Source: Antedon mediterranea
Taxonomy: Eukaryota; Animalia; Echinodermata
Length of the DNA: 64,000 nucleotides
NCBI RefSeq assembly: GCF_964355755.1
Contig: NC_092673.1
Coordinates: 16,861,648 to 16,925,647, forward strand
Reading direction: 5' to 3'
In this document: positions 37,454 through 52,515 of the stretch, piece after piece
Layout of the letters: every line of letters begins with the position of its first letter
Numbering within the stretch: position 1 is the first letter of the stretch
The notes under the pieces: model-generated
What the model was told of the DNA's origin: nothing
What the model saw: only the letters and a program-made list of their open reading frames with translations
Database searches by the model: none
Translations under genes and position numbers: made by a program

Positions 37454-38214
37454 GTAAATGTACAGGGATTTGCTAGTGTAATAAGCTAACATTCTATAGA
37501 TCTGCTGAAGTAAACCATTTAATGAGAGAAAAAAGTAAGCACATTAACAAAAATGAATTTTGATTAAAACAAACCAAATAAAAAAATAACTAAATAGTTA
37601 TATATGATTTATGATAACTGATTAAAAGTGTACAGTTACCTATCATATAACATAAATCTTTAATTTTCTTAATGAACAAAAAAATCTATTTTTTTTATAT
37701 ATTCAGTTATTAATTAACAATTATTGACAATGGTCTAATTAATTGTAAATATGAAATAAAATGTGACAACTACTAAACAACTAAAAAATGTTTATGATAA
37801 AAAAATTAATAGAATCTGATTTTAATAAAAAATGATTATTAATTAATAATGTGCTCCTTCCCTTATCTTACAAAAAAATGCTTCTGTCAGTCTATCCAGC
37901 TAATTATGAACATGGCCTTAAAGAAATCCTTTTCCAACCTAGGATCTTTTTGTGCAAACATTTTGCCACAAAATGAAGAGAAATGTACACAATGTTTTGT
38001 TAGTTTTCAAAATCTAAATTGTTTGAGTTATGCAATTTAAAAAAGAAAGGTAATATGAAATTATTCTTTTCAAACTGAATGCTTTTAAGAAAAGTTCCGT
38101 CTCTTATCTTATGACTTTTTTGGAAAAATTATTTCTTGTTAAAATATAATATACTAGTAAGTGCTCACAGATGCTTCTCGAATACATAAACTTTTGTAAA
38201 TAACTGAAAATTGC

Positions 38215-39994
38215 CGACACTAAGTACTTGAGTCACAGCCCCACCATGGTTGGGGCTTTGGCGAAGCGATTTTTGGTAATTTACCCCCTAGATGGCTGGA
38301 AATGGTACTCTCGCACATAACATTTATGTTGAATGACACCTCTGGTTTGGCCGGAAATAACACTTATAGCGCGCTAGCAAACAACAAAACGATCGTAGCC
38401 AACTTTTTCCGCCGGTAAACATACGCGAAGAAACATTTTTTGCGTTCATTACGAACGTCAGGGGGAAGCCCCAATGAAAAAAATAGGCCTAATCTATTAG
38501 CCTACTCATCAGTAGGACAACTCTAGTTGGCCGGAAACGAAACTTTATAGCGCACTAGCAAACAGTAAAACCATCGTAGCATACTTTTTCCGCCAGTAAA
38601 CATACGCGATAAAAAAATGTTTTTGCGTTCAATACGAACGTCAAGGGGAATTCCCCGATGAAATAAAACTAGGCCTACTCATGAGTAGAACAACTCTGTA
38701 GTTGGCCGGAAAGACACTTCATAGCGCGCTAGCAAACCGCACGATCGTAGCCTGCTTTTTCCGCCGGTAAACATACGCGATAAGAAACATTTTTTGCGTT
38801 CATTACGAACGTCAAGGGGAATTCCCCGATGAAATAAAAAATGCCTACTCATCAGTAGGACAACTCTGTAGTTGGCCGGAAAGGACACTTCATAGCGCGC
38901 TAGCAAACAGCCCGATTGAGCCTACTTTTGCGCAGGTAAACATACTGTACGCGATATATGAAAAAAAAATATGCCTCATCAGTAGGCAACTGTAGTTAGC
39001 CGGAAACGACACCTCATAGCGCGTTAGCAAACATTAAAAACGATCGTAGCCTACTTTTTTTTTCGCCGGCGGGTAAACATATGCGATAAAAAAACATTTT
39101 TTGCGTTCAAATACAAATATCGGGGGCAAGTCCCGATGAAATAAAACTAGGCTTACTCATTAGTAAGACACCTCAAGTTGCCCGGAAATAAGACTTCATA
39201 GCGCACAAGGAAATAGGAAAACATTCGAAAGAGAGACATGGCAGTAACAAAACACGTGCTTACATCTCTCGGCGGCGGCCGGTGAAAGCACCATGTGACA
39301 TACAGTATCGCAGTACTGATATCACAATACCATGTGACATCCCTTGTCACTCGACTTTCTCACGAAGTAGGGCCTAAAACATTCTAGCACCGATGTACAA
39401 ATGTACCTTAAGTTAAGTGAAATAAGACTTTAGCACACTAGCAAATAGGAAAACGATCGTAGCCTTCTTGAATGTATTATACGATCAAAGCAGCTAGCAT
39501 TGAATTGCGCCTAGAAATCATTTGATGACGTCATCGATATTTATTTTTAATACACATAACATTTTTACAAGAAAAACAATACAATCAATCATTTACTTTA
39601 TTTACAATATACAAGTTACTACACTTTAGACAACAGCCAAATACTAGAGATCGAAAGAGAGACATGGCAGTAACAAAACACGTGTTTACATCTCTCGGCG
39701 GCGGCGGCCGGTGAAAGCGAGTCTCAGTTGTTTAACACTTTGTTACGCAGTCTTTTGTTTTTCGTCTAGTGGTCATGTCACGTGTCTCGTATGCATTAGG
39801 CTCTTTATGCATGCCGCGCCTCAGCTCTAGAAAAGTACCGTACCTGCCTGTTAATCTATTTTTAGATTGTTGTGGTTGATATTTTTAAGCGTCACGGATA
39901 AGGTTTTAAGCGTCACGGCCGACCGTAAAGCGTCACGGTAGAGAACCCAAGCGTCACGGTACCGTGATGCTTCAAAGGCCTGGGGAGAACACTG
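38215..39994. mobile_element. Truncated hAT-like non-autonomous element with ~180-bp internal tandem repeats
   Basis: Right end CTGGGGAGAACACTG (reverse complement CAGTGTTCTCCCCAG) and clustered GCGTCACGG subterminal motifs. The other end and adjacent intron DNA are deleted. Confidence 0.65.
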
Positions 39995-40453
39995 CTGGTT
40001 TTCATTAGGTGTTAAAAATTAGTACCGAAAGTATGTACCAACTTTCTCTACCATTGGGTAAAAATTATAGAAGTTGCACTTAATTTACTGAAATTTCCCA
40101 TTACGTAAATTTGTAAATTCATTAAACTGCTTATTGGCCTCATATTTTTAATATCTGAACATTTGTTTGTACAATTTTATGAAATATGTATTTTATAACG
40201 TTCAAATTTTGTGATTGATATTGTACAGTAATTAGATTTTGATGATTACTTACATTAAGTAATAGACTAACAATCACTGAATCTGATCCATGGTAATATA
40301 TTATATTTTGTTTTCATTTATCAATAATGATAATTAGGATTTTATCACATTATTTAGCAGTAATTGTTGTTGTTTGTATTAACAAAAAAACCCAATTTCA
40401 CATAATGTCTGTTGTCAGTATTTATAAACTTCATGATTATGATTCCTTTCCAG

Positions 40454-40564
40454 TATGGTAACACTCTATTACATTCATATCTGAGGAATGTATATACTGC
40501 ACCTACCTTAGAAATAGTGACGTGTCTCAAGCAGCATGGGGCACCAGTAGCATTGCAAAATAAG
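40454..40564 (+). CDS. ANK exon 3 (37 aa): YGNTLLHSYLRNVYTAPTLEIVTCLKQHGAPVALQNK
   Basis: AG/GT sites, phase 0-0. Confidence 0.88.
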
Positions 40565-42025
40565 GTAAATGTACAGGGATTTGCTAGTGTAATAGGCTAA
40601 CATTATATAGATCTGCTGAAGTAAACCATTTAATGAGAGAAAAAAGTAAGCACATTAACAAAAATCAAATTTGATTAAAACAAACCAAATAAAAAAATAA
40701 CTAAATAGTTATATATGATTTATGATCTGATTTAAAGTGTACAGTTACCTATCATATAACATAAATCTTTAATTTTCTTAATGAACAAAAAAATCTATTT
40801 TTAAAATATATTCAGTTATTAATTAACAATTATTGACAATGGTCTAATTAATTGTAAATATGAAATAAAATGCGACAACTACTAAACAACTAAAAATGTT
40901 TATTAAAAAAAATAATAGAATCTGATTTTAATAAAAAATAATTATAAATTAAAAACCTGCTCCCTCCCTTACCTTACAAAAAATGCTTCTGTCAGTCTAT
41001 CCAGCTAATTATGAACATGGCCTTAAAGAAATCCTTTTCCAACCTAGGATCTTTTTGTGCAAACATTTTGCCACAAAATGAAGAGAAATGTAAACAATGT
41101 TTTGTTAGTTTTCAAAATCTAAATTGTTTGAGTAATGCAATTTTAAAAAGAAAGTTAATATGAAATTATTCTTTTCAAACTGAATGCTTTTAAGAAAAGT
41201 TCCGTCTTTTATCTTATGACTTTTTTGAAAAAATGAATTCTCCTTAAAATATAATAAACTAGTAAGTGCTCACAGATGCTTCTCGAATACAAGAACTTTG
41301 GTAAATAACTGAAAATTGTCTAAGTCACAGTGTACACAAAGCAAATGAATACAGATATGTTGGAATTTATGTAGTCAAATATAATTGTCATCCTGAGAAT
41401 TACCTTAATTTTGTTTATTGCATGGTATTGTTCACCAAATTCCTGTCTTGGTATATTTGATGATGGGATGGTATTAGGCTTCATGATATGATATGATTTT
41501 CATTGAGGCAATATGGTTTAAACTAAATTTGTTATCGTTAATATCTAAATTAGCTTAATTATGACATTGGTTTCATTGGGTGTTAAAAATCAGTACCGAA
41601 AGTATGTACCAACTTTCTCTACCATTGTGTAAAAATTCTAGAAGTTGCACTTAATTTACTGAAATTTCCCATTACCTAATTTTAAATTTATATGTAAATT
41701 CATTTAACTGCTTATTGGCCTCATATTGTTAACATCTAAACATTTGTTTGTACAATTTTATGAAATATGTATTTTATTAATGTTCAAATTTTGTGATTGA
41801 TATTGTACAGTAAGTAGATTTTAATGATTACTTACATTAAGTAATAGGCTAACAAAATCACTAGATCTGATCCATGGTAATATATTTCATTTATCAATAA
41901 TGATAATTAGGATTTTATCACATTATTTAGCAGTAATTGTTGTTGTTTGTATTAACAAACAAAAAACAATTTAACATAATGTCTGTTGTCAGTATTTATA
42001 TTGCTTCATTATGATTCCTTTCCAG

Positions 42026-42133
42026 TTTGGTGACACTCCATTACATTCATATCTGGGGAGTAGATATACACCTACCTTAGAAATACTGACGTTTCTCATT
42101 CAGCATGGGGCACCAGTAGCATTGCAAAATAAG
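42026..42133 (+). CDS. ANK exon 4 (36 aa): FGDTPLHSYLGSRYTPTLEILTFLIQHGAPVALQNK
   Basis: AG/GT sites, phase 0-0; not in the ORF track. Confidence 0.88.
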
Positions 42134-42864
42134 GTAAATGTACAGGAATTTGCTAGTGTAATAGGATAACATTATATAGATCTGTTGAAGTAAACCATTT
42201 AATGAGAGAAAAAAGTAAGCACATTAACAAAAATCAAATTTGATTAAAACAAACCAAATAAAAAAATAACTAAATAGTTATATATGATTTATGATCTGAT
42301 TTAAAGTGTACAGTTACCTATCATATAACATAAATCTTTAATTTTCTTAATGAACAAATAATCTTTTTTTTTTATATATTCAGTTATTAATTAACAATTA
42401 TTGACAATGGTCTAAATTAATTGTAAATATGAAATAAAATGCGACACCTACTAAACAACTAAAAATGTTTATGTTAAAAAAATTAATAGAATCTGATTTT
42501 AATAAAAAATAATTATTAATTAATAACCTACTCCCTCCCTTACCTTACAAAAAATGCTTCTGTCAGTCTATCCAGCTAATTATAAACATGGCCTTAAACT
42601 ACATCTGGAGATCCTTTTCCAACCTAGGATATTTTTGTGCAAACATTTTGCCACAAAAGGAAGAGAAATGTAAATAATATTTAGCCTTTTAGTTAGTGGT
42701 TTCCAAAATTTAAAATGTTTGAGCAATGCAATTTAAAAAAGAAAGCTAATATGAAATTATTCTTTTCAAACTGAATGCTTTAAGAACAGTTCCGTCTCTT
42801 ATCTATGACTTTTCTGGGAAAAATGACATTATTAAAGTTGCTATATAAAATTTGATACTAGTAA

Positions 42865-43905
42865 GACCCCATTTACACTTCATCGACGATTTCTTAGCCG
42901 GCCCGAAGTCGGCCCGACGCCGGCTTTCTTTTTAGCCCGCAATGTGTTTACACTTACCCAAAAAGCCGGCCTCGGGCCCTTACTATTGTGTTTACACTTG
43001 CTCTCGCGGAAGAGTGCTCGATGATACGATTTCGCTACATTCACGTCATATCCGCTCATGTGCGTCTTAAAAAGTTAATATTATAAGCGTTGTCGATCTA
43101 CACTAGGCCTAGGCCTATCAACTTTATCAAAAAAGAATCAAATAACGGTATTTAATATGGATCAAAACAATTGTATTATTGCTTTACTACTAATGTTTGC
43201 GTCTCGTTTTCTAAAGAATAGTAGTAGATCATACGCCTTTTTCACGAAACGGAAGACATCTTCGATCGATGACGACACAAACAATGCCGTTCAACGAAGC
43301 GTAACCAACAGAAATAACATAGCGTTTTCAGCCTATTTTCGGAGGACAAGTTACTTAAAAATTCGTAAACGCCTCAACGGACAGTCGTATGGACAAAATT
43401 TTTACTGTAAAATGTTCTTTAAAGATTAGCCTATAGAACTGTGTGATTAAAAAAAATTATAATTTTTTTTTCACTTCTTAAGTCCATCGAAAAAAACTCC
43501 ACAGTTTATAAGCATAGGCGATGGTGTCCTGAAATCCCCTGAAAACGCTATGTTATTTATGTTGGTTACGCTTCGTTGCACGGCATTGTTTGTCATAGAT
43601 CGTGAAAAAGGCGTATACATCTTCACCAATTTAATTTCAATGAAGAATTTCCGATTCATCAGCAATAAGTTTCGTAAACTTAAAGCTATAGTTGACCCAG
43701 AACGTTCATTTTATGACCGCGAGTGTTTGCACTATACGAAGTGCCGGCCCGAAGCCCGCAATTGCCGGCCCGAAGCCTACTCTAGACTAGGCTCAAAATT
43801 GAGCCGGCTCGAGGCCGGCTCGGTTGTTCCCAGAGTGTTTACACTTGTGCACTTTTGGCTCGAGCCGGCCTCGGGCTCGCTAAAAGCTGAAGTGTAAATG
43901 GGGTC
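42865..43905. mobile_element. PIF/Harbinger-type MITE, TAA TSD
   Basis: TAA|GACCCCATTTACACTTCA ... TGAAGTGTAAATGGGGTC|TAA; empty site at ~48585; internal inverted repeat ~43280/43540. Confidence 0.88.
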
Positions 43906-44688
43906 TAAGTGTCAATAGATGGTTCTTAAATACATGACCTTTGGTAAATAACTGAAAATTGCACTGTACACAAGGCAAATAAATACAGATATGATGGAAT
44001 TTATGTAGTCAAATATAATTGTCATCCTGAGAATTACCTTAATTTTGTTTATTGCATGGCATTGTTCACCAAATTCCTGTCTTGGTACAATTGATGATGG
44101 GATGGTATAAGGCTTCATGATATGATATGATCTTCATCGAGTCATGATATGATATGATCTTCATCGAGGCAAATGGTTTAAACTAAATTTGTTATCGTTA
44201 ATATCTAACTTAAATTAATTATGATATTGGTTTCATTGGGTTTTAAAAATCAGTACCGAAAGTATGTACCAACTTTCTCTACCATTGAGTATAAATTCTA
44301 GAAGTTGCACTTAATTTACTGAAATTTCTCATTACCTAAATTTATATGTAAATTCATTAAACTGCTTATTGGCCTCATATTGTTAACATCTAAACATTTG
44401 TTTGTACAATTTTATGAAATATGTATTTTATTAATGTTCAAATTTTGTGATTGATATTGTACAGTAAGTAGATTTTAATGATTACTTACATTAAGTAATA
44501 GCCTAACAATCACTAGATCTGATCCATGGTAATATATTATATTTTGTTTTCATTTATCAATAATGATATAATTAGGATTTTATCACATTATTTAGCAGTA
44601 ATTGTTGTTGTTTGCATTAACAAAAAATACCAATTTCACATAATGTCTGTTGTCAGTATTTATAAACTTCATTATGATTCCTTTCCAG

Positions 44689-44796
44689 GATGGTTACACT
44701 CCATTAAATTCATATCTGGGGAGTGTATATACACCTACCTTGGAAATAGTGACGTGTCTCATTCAGCATGGGGCACCAGTATCATTGCAAAATGAG
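44689..44796 (+). CDS. ANK exon 5 (36 aa): DGYTPLNSYLGSVYTPTLEIVTCLIQHGAPVSLQNE
   Basis: AG/GT sites, phase 0-0. Confidence 0.88.
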
Positions 44797-45484
44797 GTAA
44801 ATGTACAGGGATTTGCTAGTGTAATAAGCTAACATTATATAGATCTGCTGAAGTAAACCATTCAATGAGAGAAGCACATTAACAAAAATCAAATTTGATT
44901 AAAACAAACCAAATAAAAAAATAACTAAATAGTTATATATGATTTATGATAACTGATTTAAAGTGTACAGTTACCTATCATATAACATAAATCTTTAATT
45001 TTCTTAATGAACTAAAAAATCTATTTTTTTTATATATTTATTAATTAACAATTATTGACAATGGTCTAATTAATTGTAAATATGAAATAAAATGTGACAA
45101 CTACTAAACAACTAAAAAATGTTTATGTTAAAAAAATTAATAGAATCTGATTTTAATAAAAAATGATTATTAATTAATAATGTGCTCCTTCCCTTATCTT
45201 ACAAAAAAATGCTTCTGTCAGTCTATCCAGCTAATTATGAACATGGCCTTAAAGAAATCCTTTTCCAACCTAGGATCTTTTTGTGCAAACATTTTGCCAC
45301 AAAATGAAGAGAAATGTACACAATTTTTTGTTAGTTTTCAAAATCTAAATTGTTTGAGTTATGCAATTTAAAAAAGAAAGGTAATATGAAATTATTCTTT
45401 TCAAACTGAATGCTTTTAAGAAAAGTTCCGTCTCTTATCTTATGACTTTTTTGGAAAAATTATTTCTTGTTAAAATATAATATA

Positions 45485-45888
45485 CTAGTAAGTGCTCACA
45501 GATGCTTCTCGAATACATAAACTTTGGTAAATAACTGAAAATTGCACTGTACACAAGGCAAATAAATACAGATATGATGGAATTTATGTAGTCAAATATA
45601 ATTGTCATCCTGAGAATTACCTCAATTTTGTTTATTGCATGGTATTGTTCACCAAATTCCTGTCTTGGTACATTTGATGATGGGATGGTATAAGGCTTCA
45701 TGATATGATATGATCTTCATCGAGGCAAATGATAAATTTGTTTTGATCGTCAATATAGTACACTGGTTTTCATTAGGTGTTAAAAATTAATAGCGAAAGT
45801 ATGTACCAACTTTCTCTACCATTGGGTAAAAATTATAGAAGTTGCACTTAATTTACTGAAATTTCCCATTACGTAAATTTATATATAA
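45485..45888 (-). mobile_element. Helitron relic in the ANK intron unit (representative copy; one per unit)
   Basis: Reverse complement aligns with both ends of the Helitron at 53445-54719; CTAG terminus retained. Confidence 0.7.
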
Positions 45889-46222
45889 ATTCATTAAACT
45901 GCTTATTGGCCTCATATTTTTAATATCTGAACATTTGTTTGTACAATTTTATGAAATATGTATTTTATAACGTTCAAATTTTGTGATTGATATTGTACAG
46001 TAATTAGATTTTAATGATTACTTACATTAAGTAATAGGCTAACAATCACTAGGTCTGATCCATGGTAATATATTATATTTTGTTTTCATTTATCAATAAT
46101 GATAATTAGGATTTTATCACATTATTTAGCAGTAATTGTTGTTTGTATTAACAAAAAAACCCAATTTCACATAACGTCTGTTGTCAGTATTTATAAACTT
46201 CATGATTATGATTCCTTTCCAG

Positions 46223-46333
46223 TCTGGTAACACTCTATTACATTCATATCTGAGGAATGTATATACTGCACCTACCTTAGGAATAGTGATGTGTCTCATT
46301 CAGCATGGGGCACCAGTAGCATTGCAAAATAAG
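46223..46333 (+). CDS. ANK exon 6 (37 aa): SGNTLLHSYLRNVYTAPTLGIVMCLIQHGAPVALQNK
   Basis: AG/GT sites, phase 0-0. Confidence 0.88.
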
Positions 46334-47785
46334 GTAAATGTACAGGGATTTGCTAGTGTAATAGGCTAACATTATATAGATCTGCTGAAGTAAACCATTT
46401 AATGAGAGAAAAAAGTAAGCACATTAACAAAAATCAAATTTGATTAAAACAAACCAAATAAAAAAATAACTAAATAGTTATATATGATTTATGATCTGAT
46501 TTAAAGTGTACAGTTACCTATCATATAACATAAATCTTTAATTTTCTTAATGAACAAAAAAATCTATTTTTAAAATATATTCAGTTATTAATTAACAATT
46601 ATTGACAATGGTCTAATTAATTGTAAATATGAAATAAAATGCGACAACTACTAAACAACTAAAAATATTTATTTAAAAAAATAATAGAATCTGATTTTAA
46701 TAAAAAATTATTATAAATTAAAAACCTGCTCCCTCTCTTACCTTACAAAAAATGCTTCTGTCAGTCTATCCAGCTAATTATGAACATGGCCTTTAAAGAA
46801 ATCCTTTTCCAACCTAGGATCTTTTTGTGCAAACATTTTGCCACAAAATGAAGAGAAATGTAAACAATGTTTTGTTAGTTTTCAAAATCTAAATTGTTTG
46901 AGTAATGCAATTTTAAAAAGAAAGTTAATATGAAATTATTCTTTTCAAACTGAATGCTTTTAAGAAAAGTTCCGTCTTTTATCTTATGACTTTTTTGAAA
47001 AAATGAATTCTCGTTAAAATATAATAAACTAGTAAGTGCTCACAGAACTTTGGTAAATAACTGAAAATTGTCTAAGTCACAGTGTACACAAAGCAAATGA
47101 ATACAGATATGTTGGAATTTATGTAGTCAAATATAATTGTCATCCTGAGAATTACCTTAATTTTGTTTATTACATGGTATTGTTCACCAAATTCCTGTCT
47201 TGGTATATTTGATGATGGGATGGTATTAGGCTTCATGATATGATATGATTTTCATTGAGGCAATATGGTTTAAACTAAATTTGTTATCGTTAATATCTAA
47301 ATTAGCTTAATTATGACATTGGTTTCATTGGGTGTTAAAAATCAGTACTGAAAGTATGTACCAACTTTCTCTACCATTGAGTATAAATTCTAGAAGTTGC
47401 ACTTAATTTACTGAAATTTCTCATTACCTCAATTTATATGTAAATTCATTTAACTGCTTATTGGCCTCATATTGTTAACATCTAAACATTTGTTTGTACA
47501 ATTTTATGAAATATGTATTTTATTAATGTTCAAATTTTGTGATTGATATTGTACAGTAAGTAGATTTTAATGATTACTTACATTAAGTAATAGCCTAACA
47601 ATCACTAGATCTGATCCATGGTAATATATTATATTTTGTTTTCATTTATCGATAATGATAATTAGGATTTTATCACATTATTTAGCAGTAATTGTTGTTG
47701 TTTGTATTAACAAAAAAAAAACAATTTGATTTCACATAATGTCTGTTGTCAGTATTTATATTACTTCATTATGATTCCTTTCCAG

Positions 47786-47893
47786 TATGGTGACACTCCA
47801 TTACATTCATATCTGGGGAGTGGATATACACCTACCTTAGAAATACTGACGTTTCTCATTCAGCATGGGGCACCAGTAGCATTGCAAAATAAG
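47786..47893 (+). CDS. ANK exon 7 (36 aa): YGDTPLHSYLGSGYTPTLEILTFLIQHGAPVALQNK
   Basis: AG/GT sites, phase 0-0. Confidence 0.88.
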
Positions 47894-49333
47894 GTAAATG
47901 TACAGGAATTTGCTAGTGTAATAGGATAACATTATATAGATCTGCTGAAGTAAACCATTTAATGCGAGAACAAACCAAATAAAAAAATAACTAAATAGTT
48001 TATATGATTTATGATAACTGATTAAAAGTGTACAGTTAGCTATTATATAACATAAATCTTTAATTTTCTTAATGAACAAATAATCAATTTTTTTTATATA
48101 TTCAGTTATTAATTAACAATTATTGACAATGGTCTACTTCATTGTAAATATGAAAAAAAATGCGACAACTACTAAACAACTAAAAATGTTTATGTTAAAA
48201 AAATTAATAGAATCTGATTTTAATAAAAATTAATTATTAATTAATAACCTACTCCCTCCCTTACCTTATTACAAAAAATGCTTCTGTCAGTCTATCCAGC
48301 TAATTATAAACATGACCTTAAACTACATCTTGAGATCCTTTTCCAACCTAGGATATTTTTGTGCAAACATTTTGCCACAAAAGGAAGAGAAATGTAAATA
48401 ATATTTAGCCTTTTAGTTAGTGGTTTCCAAAATTTAAAATGTTTGAGCAATGCAATTTAAAAAAGAAAGCTAATATGAAATTATTCTTTTCAAACTGAAT
48501 GCTTTAAGAACAGTTCCGTCTCTTATCTTATGACTTTTCGGGGAAAAATGACATTATTAAAGTTGCTATATAAAATTTGATACTAGTAAGTGTCAATAGA
48601 TGGTTCTTAAATACATGACCTTTGGTAAATAACTGAAAATTGCACTGTACACAAGGCAAATAAATACAGATATGATGGAATTTATGTAGTCAAATATAAT
48701 TGTCATCCTGAGAATTACCTTAATTTTGTTTATTGCATGGTATTGTTCACCAAATTCCTGTCTTGGTACAATTGATGATGGGATGGTATAAGGCTTCATG
48801 ATATGATATGATCTTCATCGAGGCAAATGGTTTTTAAACTAAATTTGTTATCGTTAATATCTAACTTAACTTAATTATGATATTGGTTTCATTGGGTGTT
48901 AAAAATCAGTACCGAAAGTATGTACCAACTTTCTCTACCATTGAGTATAAATTCTAGAAGTTGCACTTAATTTACTGAAATTTCTCATTACCTAAATTTA
49001 TATGTAAATTCATTAAACTGCTTATTGGCCTCATATTGTTAACATCTAAACATTTGTTTGTACAATTTTTATGTATTTTATTAATGTTTACATTTTGTGA
49101 TTGATATTGTACAGTAAGTAGATTTTAATGATTACTTACATTAAGTAATAGCCTAACAATCACTAGATCTGATCCATGGTAATATATTATATTTTGTTTT
49201 CATTTATCAATAATGATAATTAGGATTTTATCACATTATTTAGCAGTAATTGTTGTTTGTATTAACAAAAAAACCCAATTTCACATAATGTCTGTTGTCA
49301 GTATTTATAAACTTCATTATGATTCCTTTCCAG

Positions 49334-49441
49334 GATGGTGACACTCCATTAAATTCATATCTGGGGAGTGTATATACACCTACCTTAGAAATAGTGACGT
49401 GTCTCATTCAGCATGGGGCACCAGTAGCATTGCAAAATAAG
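49334..49441 (+). CDS. ANK exon 8 (36 aa): DGDTPLNSYLGSVYTPTLEIVTCLIQHGAPVALQNK
   Basis: AG/GT sites, phase 0-0. Confidence 0.88.
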
Positions 49442-50445
49442 GTAAATGTACAGGGATTTGCTAGTGTAATAAGCTAACATTATATAGATATGCTGTGGTA
49501 AACCATTCAATGAGAGAAGCACATTAACAAAAATCAAATTTGATTAAAACAAACCAAATAAAAAAATAACTAAATAGTTATATATGATTTATGATAACTG
49601 ATTTAAAGTGTACAGTTACCTATCATATAACATAAATCTTTAATTTTCTTAATGAACAATAAAATCTTTTTTTTTTTATATATTCAGTTATTAATTAACA
49701 ATTATTGACAATGGTCTAATTAATTGTAAATATGAAATAAAATGGGACAACTACTAAACAACTAAAAAATGTTTATGATAAAAAAAATTAAAAGAATCTG
49801 ATTTTAATAAAAAATGATTATTAATTAATAATGTGCTCCTTCCCTTATCTTACAAAAAAAATGCTTCTGTCAGTCTATCTAGCTAATTATGAACATGGCC
49901 TTAAACTACATCTGGAGATCCTTTTCCAACCTATGATCTTTTTGTGCAAACATTTTGCCACAAAATGAAGAGAAATGTACACAATGTTTTGTTAGTTTTC
50001 AAAATCTAAATTGTTTGAGTAATGCAATTTAAAAAGAAAGGTAATATGAAATTATTCTTTTCAAACTGAATGCTTTTAAGAAAAGTTCCGTCTCTTATCT
50101 TATGACTTTTTTGAAAAAATGATTTCTTGTTAAAATATAATATACTAGTAAGTGCTCACAGATGCTTTTTGAATACATGAACTTTGGTAAATAACTGAAA
50201 ATTGCACTGTACATGCCTTAAGGCATATAAATACAGATATGATGGAATTTATGTAGTCAAATATAATTGTCATCCTGAGAATTACCTTAATTTTGTTTAT
50301 TGCATGGTATTGTTCACCAAATTCCTGTCTTGGTACAATTGATGATGGGATGGTACTGTATCAGGCTTCATGATATGATATGATCTTAATCGAGGCAAAT
50401 GATAAATTTGTTTTGATCGTCAATATAGTACACTGGTTTTCATTA

Positions 50446-52060
50446 CCGTATATTTCGGTATATAAGTCGCACTTTTGACACGCAAATTTGACCTCTAAAT
50501 TAAGGGTGCGTCTTATACACCGAACATAAATGCCTCACCACACAGTGTACATATCGTCACCTCGTTGGCTAGGCTAGGCCTAGCTACAGTGTACTAACGT
50601 AACGGCAACCTGCTTCTGCCTAGTTTTCAAGGCATTTTAGCGTGATGTTATACTAAATATGATGAAAAGATTTGTTTATTATGGAGCTGTTTTAGGCGCT
50701 CCGAGAAAATTTCATTTGTAAACGTTTACGATTGGAATAGATAGTATTTATTTATAGTTATACGCACGATCGCCGACCGCCGTACCCCCAGCGCAAGCCC
50801 TTCTTGGCGGCCACATGTTGTACGGTATTCGACTAGTATATTCTCCAGGTGATTATAGCATGGACCTAGCGTACACACTTCTCGGATACATAGATACTAA
50901 TCGAATACGATTGTCCGTGAAAACGTGCGCCCTCTTGAAATGATCGAGCGAGGCTAGCCCACACACGTGCGTGTTACACACACGGTCATGCACTCGATGT
51001 TGCGGGTGCGAAACTCATGAATAACAAGTTAGAAACAACTTGTTGAGGCTGGCCGCGGCCGAGCCTAGGTAAGAAAAAACCTAAATAAAGGACGCCGTTG
51101 TAGATATAACAAAATATATTATTACAATAAGATTGATTCCGGGATTGATTACAATATAAAAAAAACATTGTTTTGATGAAATATAAGGTGCGTCTTATAC
51201 ATCGACGATACAAAAAACACCGTGGTTAGGATTCCGGCACCGGAACCCAACTGCCCAGCGTTAGGGAATCCGACACGCTATTGCGCATGCCCAGAGCGAG
51301 GTAATCGGCGACTCTATACTATACCAATTCTTTGACTATACAGCGATGGATCATTTCATAGCTACGCCACACGGCGAACTAGCCTAGATGCCTACTAATG
51401 CGGGATCCACTAATCTAGGCTAGGGCTACCAGTTAGACGTGACCAGTGGGCCTATTTATTTTGTAATTAAAAAATGGTTGCTTCATTCATATATAAACTT
51501 TTCATATCATTATGAATTATATAATTACATGACTAGTTTTATGATTTTTCATAACGCATTTAATATACTGTACATAACATGCAATCACAAGTTGATTTGT
51601 TGACGGCAGCCACCGCGTGGATGTGAAAAAACTGTTCGGGAATTCGGGGTCGCAACGTTAAAAACAGCATTACGATTCTTAGATAGATACTGATTCTTAT
51701 TAATATCATTATAATTATTTTAACGCGTGGCGTAGTCGTATTTTAATTATTAATTCATGTATGGCATAGGCCAAGTTTCATCCATCTCTCGCTCGCGCAA
51801 CGACTCGACTATCTAGGCTACAGTAAATCCCTATAACACTCCGACTCTCGGTGGTGTGGTGTGTGGCACTATTAGTGCAAGCTATAATTCACTTCCCAGA
51901 GCTCTGGGCATGCGCAATATCGTGTCGGATTCCCTAACGGTGGGCAGTTGAGTTCCGGTGCCGGAATCCTAACCACGGCGTACAAAAAATACCGATATTT
52001 TACTCTCAGTTAGGGGGTGCGTCTTATACACAGGTGCGACTTATACACCGAAATATACGG
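50446..52060. mobile_element. Tc1/mariner(pogo)-type MITE, TA TSD, carrying a nested element
   Basis: TA|CCGTATATTTCGGT ... ACCGAAATATACGG|TA; second copy at 56998-57846. Confidence 0.88.
51218..51980. mobile_element. Mutator-like MITE, 9-bp TSD TACAAAAAA
   Basis: ~80-bp TIRs (CCGTGGTTAGGATTCCGGCACCGGAAC...); TSD at 51209-51217 and 51981-51989; absent from the 56998-57846 copy. Confidence 0.85.
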
Positions 52061-52515
52061 TAGGTGTTAAAAATTAGTACCGAAAGTATGTACCAACTTT
52101 CTCTTCCATTGAGTAAAAATTCTAGAAGTTGCACTTAATTTACTGAAATTTCCCATTACCTAAATTTATATGTAAATTCATTTAACTGCTTATTGGCCTC
52201 ATACATTATGTTAACATCTAAACATTTGTTTGTACAATTTTATGAAATATGTATTTTATTAATGTCAAAATTTTGTGATTTGATATTGTACAGTAAGTAG
52301 ATTTTAATGATTACTTACATTAAGTAATAGGCTAACAATCACTAGATCTGATCCATGGTAATATATTATATTTTGTTTTCATTTATCGATAATGATATTT
52401 AGGATTTTATCACATTATTTAGCAGTAATTGTTGTTGTTTGTATTAACAAAAAATACCAATTTCACATAATGTCTGTTGTCAGTATTTATAAACTTCATT
52501 ATGATTCCTTTCCAG

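Noticed and set aside
33929-48799. Recurrent minus-strand MKPYTIPSS... ORFs and plus-strand MCSFPYL... ORFs
   Set aside because: They recur only because the intron is duplicated, are broken in other units, and show no recognisable domain.
34686-49477. ORF-track MSVFINF...VNVQGFASVIS 60-67 aa proteins as standalone genes
   Set aside because: They are ANK exons extended into intron sequence; AG/GT sites delimit the real coding part.
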